Assembly: GCA_051294375.1 (NCBI GenBank)
Contig: CM119263.1
Coordinates: 14,276,414-14,340,413, forward strand
DNA: 64,000 bases
Direction of reading: 5' to 3'
Source: Paraspadella gotoi
Lineage: Eukaryota; Animalia; Chaetognatha
The notes beneath the pieces were generated by a model, which did not search any database, had not been told where the DNA came from, and was given only the letters and a program-made list of their open reading frames with translations. Positions 54,296-64,000 of this stretch are shown here, in pieces. Numbering within the stretch: the stretch's first letter is position 1; every line of letters begins with the position of its first letter. Position numbers and translations under genes: made by a program.

Positions 54296-54547
54296 GTGAG
54301 TACCGATCGTGACATATACGGACCGCGCGATCTCCTTTTGGACTTTTTTCGAATTCCATTTTGTTTTCGTTTTATTATTTTTATTATGTGTATAATATAC
54401 ACTGTATATTCTTTTGTGAAGAGAAGTCGAACGAGGCTCGGATTTCCGCGGTTAACGAGTTCCCGATAGTCATCGCTATTTCCTCGTTGCAGAAGTGAAA
54501 ACCGAAAGTAGGATTTCCAAAAGAGAGAGAGAGCAGAGAGCAGAGAT

Positions 54548-54578
<31 letters not shown>

Positions 54579-54857
54579 AATCAAGTGGTCGCCGGTGTTT
54601 TTCGTCGATAAAATCTCCATTAGAACGCATTACTACCCATGATCGCGCTTTTCAGTTCACAGTATTTTCCGTGGGGCCCAATTCCGTAACTGTTTGGTCT
54701 TTTTCTTCGTTTAATGGAAAGGAAAACGTCTTTGTCCCAGTGATGAACGGCATTCGCCTTGTTTTCAATTAGACCCGCTTTTGTTCGGCCCGAATTATTC
54801 ATTCGTTTAATTTTTCTAATGGCGGGATCGAATGTCATAAGAAAAGGGCGGCGGTGG

Positions 54858-57800
54858 AATGGTAGTGAAGGTAGAGCGGTGATTATGGGGGACAGAGAAA
54901 GTGGAGGATTTGGTGGCGTAAACAGCGGAGGTGGAAAGGGACTCAAGATGGCGGTGACTGATTTGTCTAGCTGAGGTAGATGGTTGCTGCTTAATTAAGA
55001 CGGTCGTCGGGCTGCGAAAGATTAAAAAGGATTAACCAACGGCCATTCGAGCGAGCAAATCAATTGGATTTCCTAGATTCGATCTCGAAAGTCGAGATGA
55101 AGATCGAACGATGAACCTTCATTTACTAAATGATTTACGATGACGTTGTTTAACGTTGTTTAACGATCATCTTTATCGACGTTGTCCAACAAACTTCCGA
55201 ATTGAAACCAAATTACTTTTTAAGGCGGAACAGAAGTCCGGTATAAATATTATTAATGTGTTTATTAAAGATGTGAAAATAAAAAAAAAATAAGATTTAT
55301 CTTATAGTAAAACGCATGGAAGCTATTTTATATTATCTAAATACTATGTAATGTCAAAAATAATTTAAAATAAATTTTATTTTTTTTAACGGATTAAAAA
55401 GATTAAAAAGGTTATTATTACAACTTAAAGTTTTTTAAATTTTAGCCTATTTATCATTAAAATTTTTGAAAATTGTAGTACTAACCTTTATTTAACTTTT
55501 TAATCTTTATCAGAATCCTTTTTTAAAAATAGAAATTTCTTAAAAATGTTTTTAAGCATTTCTTATATATTGTTAAATATTAAAATGCTTCCATCATGAG
55601 AAAAATTAGTTAAATCAAAATCTAACATCATAAGTCAATTTGATTGAAAAGGGACGAAATACTTTCATGGCAGACTTTTTCATATTGTAAAATATGTTAA
55701 ATTCTGGCCCGCCTTTTTACTTATGCCACTTTGTAGACGAAAGTAACATTTGTATAAATATTTATTTGTTTGTTACAAACAACGTCGATGATCATGACGC
55801 AAGGCAGCAGTGGTAGCTTTTATGGCGGGCAGCGTTGGCGGCGGGCGAGTCCCCCAACACGCGTGGGAACTGCGACGCTGGACTCTCGCTTCTTATCGCG
55901 TGTTTTTATCGAGTTTTCGCTCCATGGGACATTTATGGGGTGGAAGGACGGGGGATGGGTCATTGGAGAAGAGGGTTGGAAGGGAAAGTCGCCTAATAAA
56001 TATGTATCGTGACCGCAGGGAAATTTCGAACCCCGAGGAACTAGTGCACTGATAAGCAGTGTTAAATAAAGTATAATAACTTGCGATGGAAGTTATTACT
56101 GTGTTTGTGAAACGCTGAAACCTAAAATAGTATAGGGGTTAGTTTTACTTTACTTTACTTTACTTAACTCATTACCAAATTTATAAAAAGTCTTGTTATT
56201 TGTTAATCATCCATAATCTTATCATTCAGCCTTCAACCGATAATTTACTTAATTTCCGATCGCGCTCCGACCGTGACTCATCTTTAACTCCTTTTGACTT
56301 CGGTTTCTGGTTCCTCCTCTAATCAAACGCGACGCGCGCCAAGAACCGAACTGCGAAATTGAAAAAAAAAAATCTAATCGACTTGATTCTCTGGCTCTTC
56401 CTTACTAATCGATTCTTTGTTCGCGAAGGAGAGAGAGAGAGAAGGGGAGAGAGAGAGAGAGATCCCAAACCTGCTCTCACCCATCCCGTGCCTTTATCTC
56501 GGCAAATCCCCCTGCGACGGAACGCGGACCAAACAAATTTTCCCAGGCTCTTGAAACACGAATGCGGCGGGGTCCTTGTCATCGCCTACTTCCTCATCTC
56601 ATCCCCCCTTCCTTACTCGTCCCCCTGGCCTCTTTTTACCTGCTCATCCTCTCGCTCCTTTGCCACCTTCCCCCTTCTTCCTCTACCTACTCGCAAGAGA
56701 AACGCGAGCATCGAGGAAAAAAATATTAACGAGCAACCTGCAGACAATCCTAATCGAAGAGGGGAGAGAGGGAGAGAGACATAGATGATAGAGAAAGAGG
56801 GTCCCCGGAGATGATCATCTTGAAAAGTTTTCCCATGGTCCGTTGGCACGCGAAGCGAACTTACCCGAGAAGGGTCGGGGGATATCCTTGTCGGGTGAGA
56901 TCCGTTTCGAGGAGGAAGAAAATATTTTTGACGTGGACGGTCGCTCCGGATAATTTCATTTTCGAGAGGGAGAATTCAATTTAAAAAAAAATTGATCGGA
57001 ATTCTTCTATTAAAGAATAAATAAGATGGCGTGACGGGAAGGTCCTGCTAATCCGACCTTTCCCTGCAGATCGCTCACGATGATTGTGATAGGTTGATGA
57101 CGTGTCATTTCGACTTTGCTGCTGATTTAATAAATTTAGGCAATCTTCTTTGAAGAAGATAATTCTAGCAATACTAAAGGAAAATTTAAATTGAACAATG
57201 AATAATCCAAAACTTCTCTTTAACAGGAAGCGATCATGCTGATGATTTACGTACAATGAGGCAGTCTTTTTTTTCTTTGGATACCGCCACAATATTATTA
57301 GGAAATTCATTTATTGCTTGACTCGTAATACATATACCACTCATCCTTCGCCGCCTCCCGCGTGCCAAGGACTGTAGGAACGTCCGTCGCCGACCCCTTG
57401 GGACTCCTGGCACGAGCCTTCGGACCGTGGGAATGTGTTTCCATTTCTTTCTCTATCATTTTCTCTCTTTCCTCTTGGGGGAAAAAAAAATTTTGAGCGT
57501 AAATTCGCAGTTCGTGTCAAATATTCCTCATAGTGGGGTTTCCGAAAATTATTTAAAACATTTCGTTGTTTTATTAGAGTGACGGGGAAGGTAGGCAAGG
57601 ATGGAAGGGATCTGTCATCTGGCTCGATCGATTATGAAAATTTAATTTGGTTTTTCGATCGGGAGTCGAGGCTTGTTGGTGACACGCGCTCTTCGCCCAA
57701 TCGAACGAGATAACGAACTAAAAATGGAATATAGTCGAACAAATCCATCAGTCATACCCACACCCAGTCATTACCCAGTATTATACACTCACGAATTGGT

Positions 57801-58579
57801 TAAATGGGTTAAAACGATTTCATCACTCGCTCACGAAAAGCAGGAATCGGATATTGAAAAACGTTTATTAAGTTAATGACATCACCGTTTTGCATGACGA
57901 TGAAACTTCAATAATCAATTATTTGGCGGGCGGGTCGTTTTTGGCAGATCAAAATAAGAGGCAAAAAAAAATCCAATCAAATCCGTCGCAAATTCCCTTC
58001 GATCGCATCGATTCGAATTTTCGAATATCTCGTTTCTCAGGAATTTAGTCTCGTGCCTTCCCCCGCTTCTCCCACGATGATGCGCTTCAACCAGCGCATC
58101 TTTTCGGCGCGAACGGCGCGCCCCACCGCGGCCAACCCTTCCTTTTAGTTCTACTCTTTGGCTGATCTAAAGATGAGTCGAAATGCACTTTTCCAGGGTG
58201 ATGGACGGCACGGTCTCTCGTGTCGTTGTTTTCCAGTAGTTTAAAGTATTTGAAATTATTATTCGATCGCAGGGAAAATAATTGTTAAGAATTTGTTTAA
58301 AACTGACAACTGACCCTTTGATTCGTTCCTTATTATTGTTACTATTGACTAGGCCTATAGACTATAGGATTGAGATGGGAAGAAAAATATCCATGCTGTC
58401 CCATCGTGGTGTTTGGTATATAATTTTATTAACGACCGTCTTAATTAAGCAGCAACCATCTACCTCAGCTAGACAAATCAGTCACCGCCATCTGAGTCCC
58501 TTTCCACCTCCGCTGTTTACGCACCAAATCCTCCACTTTCTCTGTCCCCCATAATCACCGCTCTACCTTCACTACCATT
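54858..58579. repeat. Inverted repeat pair of about 150 bp (54858-55007 and 58432-58579)
   Basis: The arms are reverse complements apart from about 3 single-base indels. Confidence 0.9.
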
Positions 58580-60537
58580 ATCGTCTGAATTATGCTCGAT
58601 ATCATCTCCAATCCAACCGGCCGCGGGCACCCCTAATTTTTCATATGGCTATTCCCTTATGGACTTCTGTATATCCCGCCATTTTTAGAAAAATTTAAAA
58701 TCGGAAGTCTCGGACATGAATCTTTCTAATTCCAGGTTCGCCCCGTCATTTCCTCTTCCCACGCCCCGATGCACGTGATCCGAACACAAAAAGGGCGTTG
58801 GTCTAATTGCGCAAACAAGTCGCTTTCTCACCAGCCTATCTGCGTCTCATCTCTTTTCCTGGCTCTGCGGATACGGCGGCCGTCGCGAATTTGCCCGTTC
58901 AATCACTGGAGACAAAGACGTTTTCCTTTCCCATTAAACGAAGAGGGCACTCAAAAAACGACCCCCAAAGCCAGTTACTCGGAATTGGGGTGTCCAACTC
59001 CCTCTCCTCTTTAGCTTACCTCTCTGTTGGAAACTGAATCTAAAAGTAATAGATGACTTGCGAAATTGCACTTTTCGACAAGCTGTTGAAAAAGAGCGCG
59101 AATCAGGCGTGCATGCGTGCATTGACCGGTAGGGCTCATGAGTCACCCTTCTAAGGTTCTGCGATTCGGTGTTTCTGTATCGTGTTTACGAATACCAACA
59201 AGTAGCTTATCAAGAGTATTTGAAATTAGTTATCTCGCCATATCGCTCCACTTAATAATTGTTAAGAATTATTTTCTATTATACTCAATCTGACTAACCT
59301 GACTCTTCTGATTTCGTCTTCCTTATTCTATTTGCTCTCATCCATTTGACACTATCTGGTCTCTTATTCTACGATCCTCTCTCTCTCTGCTCATCTCGTC
59401 TGCATTCTGCGTGGCTCTCTCTGACATACATTTACTCTCTCTCATCCTCTGTTTGCGCCAATACTCCGTTCGCTCTCTCTGGGTGTTGCTAACTTATAAT
59501 CTCTCTCTGGTACTACACCGAGGAAATAGCTATAGTCTTTATGCACTATATTTGGGACATATACCTCTCTGTCCTCTTATACCAGCCTCCGCAAGGAGAA
59601 TCACGCAGCCAGTGCGAGTTCTCTCAGAAATCCTCTCTCGTTCACAAATGTAAATATAGCCGGTCAATATATTAATTTATTCACATATATAAAATTAACT
59701 TAGAGAATCGAATAAGTAACTCTATATTAATCGGTAATTTCGATAATATTACGTCCTCACGAAAGGAAGAATACACTCTGCTCGGATACCTGTGTTCTGA
59801 TCGTGTCTTAATCGGGGATTCTCAGAGTACTCACTCTCTGTGAAAGACATTGACCGTCGTGTTACCGTGCTCTTCTCCGTCGTCGCGCTGTCGTCCGAAC
59901 CGCAGAATTATTTACTCGCATACTTGTGGCAGATTCGGCGTGACTACGCTTCATTGTTGTTAGTGAGATGGATTATTAGACGACGCGACGTCAGCAGATG
60001 AATCCTCTTGCGAGTGTGATGATTGAGGAGACGGATCGACCCGGACGGAGACGAGATGATGGTAGGTACGGTCGAAAGTGAGAGCTCGTCTTACATCGCA
60101 CTCTGACTTAATCTCGGAGAATGGATGCTTGGGGTGCACGCGAGAAAGAAGATGATGCATTGTTTCCAGTACATGTCGACTGCTGGACTCTCTGGATTAG
60201 ACAGAGGGATAATCCCATCAAATAATAAAGTGGCTATCTGCTATCGTGAAATGTACGGGTTTATAGACGGCATAGATAGAATGCCACTGAAGTGCGACGC
60301 GTGCATAATGTTAGAGTCGCAACAGCTTTCCAGAGGCTCGCTGCTGGTCCGTATCGATTGAATATGGGGCCATTTCTATTGTGGGATGTTGTTGGGCGGC
60401 AAGAGACGAGCGCTCTTCGTTGGGTCTGGAAGCCGTATGGTTGACTGGGAAGTAGCGGCGCGACAACACAAGATAAGTGGCAAAAAAAGAGCTGATAGAA
60501 CGGAAAAGAAATCCGCGAAACTGAGATTTCTTTTTCT

Positions 60538-60562
60538 NNNNNNNNNNNNNNNNNNNNNNNNN
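60538..60562. other. Assembly gap (25 N)
   Basis: Run of N. Confidence 1.
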
Positions 60563-61621
60563 TAAATTTTATTAATCCCTGATATCTTCTTCTATTTTCT
60601 ATCTTCCTCTTCCTCCCGCCTCAAGAAAAAAAGAGAGAGAAGATTAAATCTCTCGAAAATTAAGCGTCAATTAATTTAGTTTACCTGGTATGAGATTTTT
60701 CGTCTCCTTTTCTCTCCGGGGAAGATTTAATTTTCGCGTGTATGGATTATGAAAATTTGACGCCTTCGCATTTCCTCTTTGTAGCAGAAACGATTAAATC
60801 TCGAGGATACGAGAGAGAGAGAAGAGAGAGAGAGAGAAGAGAGAGAAGAGAGAGAGAAGAGAGAGGAGAGAGAGAGAGGTGTTAAAACATTGAAATCCAG
60901 AGAAATGACTTGGGCAACGCGAGAAAAGAAGATAGGTCAATGACGTTTGACAAAGCAGGAGAGACAAAAAAAAGAGTATTAATGGAATTGACGTTGGTTC
61001 AAAGATAAGGAAATGGATAGCAACCATCATGTCCCAGCAGGTGAATGTGGTCAGCGAGATTAGAATAGTGGGGCCATTCTATTAGTGGGAGTTGGGGGGG
61101 AAGACGTATTGGTTGGATCGTGGGAAGAGGGCGACGACAACAAAGATAAGGCAAAAAAAAGAAGCTGATAAGACGGAAAGGAAATCGCGAAACTTGAGAT
61201 TTCTTTTTCTCGCAATTTGATTAGGCAAGCGCCTCAAAATTTCTTTTTCTCTCTTTCGCCGCAACCCTTCAGTTTTTACTTTTCAGTTAAATATCTCTCT
61301 CCCTCTTTTCTTTTTCTTATATTATCTCCTCTATTTCTATCGTCTTATTCCCATATTTTCTCCCCCTTTTCCTCCTCCCCTCGATCCTCCACCATAAGTT
61401 CCCCCCCCTTCTCCCACGATGATGCGCTCGTCTTCTTCCCCTTGAAATCGTTCCGACAACGACGCCTCCCCTCCCGGGACGACGATGCGCCCACGAGCTT
61501 AATTTTAGTAATTAAAAATTATCGATTAATAAAGTTAACGTTTTTAAATGAGTCGCTCTCCGTGGGAATAACCGACAAGTGGCGAAAAGATGCGCGGGAA
61601 AATGGGGGGAAGGGGGAGTAC

Positions 61622-61624
<3 letters not shown>

Positions 61625-61701
<77 letters not shown>
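61625..61701. repeat. (GA)n microsatellite
   Basis: Directly visible. Confidence 0.9.
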
Positions 61702-61704
<3 letters not shown>

Positions 61705-64000
61705 TGTCTTGGCATAAAGAACTAAAATTAGCGCGCCAGATTTAGAATCTGGATTCGAGATCTCGTCGACGCATCTTTCAAAAAAAAAAAAGCGACGTTT
61801 GGGCGCGCGCCGATGCGTTCGAACAAAAGGTTCCCACGCGTCAAGAGTTGGGAGAGAGATAAGCATCGTTTTTTAGAAAGAGGGGCCGTTTAGACGCTTC
61901 TGTAGGAGATTTAAAAATGACGATTACGTCTTTTTAAATAAAGGATTTTATATTAATCATATATTATTATTATTATTAATCATATTATCAGTTAATTATG
62001 ATCAGTTGAATTTGGCCTTCCTTATTTCCTTTTGTTTTTAAAATTTTTGGGTCTGCTCTCAGGTAACAGAAGCTAGCGGATAAGATTGAAAGAAGAAATT
62101 AATCTAGAACAGGGAGATTAAAAGTAAAAAAAAAAAGTACTAAGAGAGTGGAGACTCAACCCAAAGCTGGCTCGAATCCCCCATCTCCCACCCGCGGCCT
62201 AAACGGTTGTCGATTTTCCCATTTGTCGCTCGTTTTAGTTGTTGTCGTTGTCGTCGTCCTCACGACGCGTTGATGCGTTGAAGGAAAGAGAGAAAAGTGA
62301 TTCCGTCGTTCGTCGTCGTCGTCGTCGTCGTCTGAATCTTAATCTCTTTTTATTGTCGTTTGTTGGTGAACGGTCCACGTGGCCGAAGCGAATCGCCGGC
62401 GTAGCGTCGGCGGCGAGCGTGTCGGACGACGGGCGACGGGAATCAACGAAATCGAATGGCGAATGCGATTTGACGGGAAATGGGAGAAGATGCGAGAAGG
62501 GGGGAAGTGTAGGACCGTGGGGTGCGGGATTTAGTGAAATAGTGGGGACGGAAACTGTGGAAGTCGTGGGCGGGGGGTGGAATAGATGGAATCCTGATCA
62601 AAGCAGAGATAAGAGGGATACGAGTGTGAAAAGAATAATCGTTAAAAAAAGGGGCGGGTGGAGATTTGATCGCAGGGAAGTAGTGGGGGACTTTTGTCGG
62701 GATAAAAGGAGATAAGGGTGTCATCTGTGGGGAGGGTGGATGACGGAGTGAAGTCCAAGGATCCGCAAGAGCGCAGCGAGCGCAAGCGTGCGGGGTGCTA
62801 ACGAAAGTTCGTGTCCGATGTTTTAGTATAAAGATCTTTTTCATGTCAACGAATATGTAAAAAGTACAAAATAATATAATAGAGTCTCTAGAGAGTCTCT
62901 TAGAGAGAAAAGGTTTTCATTTATTCAATCGTCGTCGTCGTTCGTCGTCCTCGTCGCTCTCAATTCACACTCATCTGTTTGCGTTTATGTGAGTCATTCA
63001 TCGCCGTTTATGAACGTTGGTTGTAGAGGCAAAGGAATTGATTGGAAGATGAAACGTCTCGCCAATACGCACGTGGCGGACAATGAAAGAACGGAGAGAG
63101 AGAGAGCGGAGAGAAAAAGAACAAGCGCATCTTATAATGGAACCTGAGAAGAGGATGGATATTCACTCAAAGAATGTGAGTAACAGACATTCAAAGAAAG
63201 AGGGAGAGCAGATTTTCTCTTTGAAGTAGACAGCGAGGCTGTAAGTTAGTAGCCAATTACGGATAGAGGCCCATGGCGGCGACATTTTCAACTTTGGCCA
63301 ATGTCGACGCTGAAAGGCGTGACTCTAGGAGGCGTGGCGCGGTAATCGCGGCCCGAGACGTTCGGTCGCGCGCGCCGTTTGCGGCGGCGGAAATCGTTGC
63401 CGCCCATTCGGGAGGCGGAACGACGAAAACGCCGAGGTTAAACGCCGATATCGCGGCTCTCTGCTGAATGAGACAGGGGGTGAGGCGCGGGGGGATAGCA
63501 TCAGACATTCGTGCGCAATGGGGCACAGATTTAAAGGATTCGGAACAAAAGCATTTGCGAGTAATGTCTTAAAGTAATTTGAGTCAGAGCTTTAGATTAC
63601 TTCTTGTTTTTATTCAATTTATGAAAGGGCGAAAGACGTTCAAAATTGTAAAAGCTGCGACAAAATAACAACATTAAACAAGATATATTGAAAATAAAAC
63701 TAAAAGCGTTAGTCATACAGCATGCGACAAAAACGCCGACAATATGCAAAGAAGCGCACTCTAAACTGTGTTGAACCGCTCGGATTATGGAGCTGACATC
63801 GTAAAAGGCAAAAGAGATGGAGGAAGATTGAAAAGGACGCGCTCGATGGAGTGCGCGGCGAAAAATGTGAGGCAGCCATTTATCGGGGGTCGTCGCCGAA
63901 TTAACGCCTGATTACGATGCATTCAAAGCGCGAGAGGATCGAAAAGAAGGGGGGAAGATCGGGAGATTGGGGGGGGGTGCGGGAATGGGTGGATGTTAAA

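Noticed and set aside
57341-57598. Minus-strand ORF with FRKPHY, superficially like a homeodomain
   Set aside because: Wrong strand for the upstream eh1 exons and no helix-3 WFxNRR motif.
63257-63526. GC-rich ORF with a faint OAR-like stretch (RTS...ITAPRL)
   Set aside because: The match is too weak and the region's sequence quality is doubtful; it could be a corrupted exon but cannot be supported.

Overview
Eukaryotic, gene-dense, AT-rich invertebrate (probably arthropod) genomic DNA with short GT-AG introns. All gene models were spliced by hand. From left to right: 3' part of an ankyrin-repeat/SOCS-box gene (+); an acidic orphan gene (-); an orphan with a short ordered-looking C-terminus (+); a tight minus-strand trio of CREBRF/REPTOR, a nucleoplasmin-like protein and cyclin B; a CCHamide-type neuropeptide precursor (+); an ephexin-type RhoGEF (+); a laccase-type multicopper oxidase (-); a disordered orphan with a PMDLS motif (+); DDX6/me31B (+); inositol hexakisphosphate kinase (+); and the first two exons of an eh1/octapeptide transcription factor, probably a paired-class homeobox gene (+). 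The most notable observations are: (1) two extra 3' exons, absent from the ORF track, that fuse a complete CBM14 chitin-binding domain to the laccase, with a possible intron-retention switch that removes it; (2) a CCHamide-like peptide ending in Met-amide instead of His-amide; (3) a cyclin B with an offset D-box and a 3'UTR carrying CPE and Nanos/Pumilio-type elements; (4) a MITE-like family with telomere-like G-rich interiors. Sequence beyond about 58.2 kb shows signs of uncorrected or duplicated assembly around an N gap. Novelty claims have not been checked against any database.
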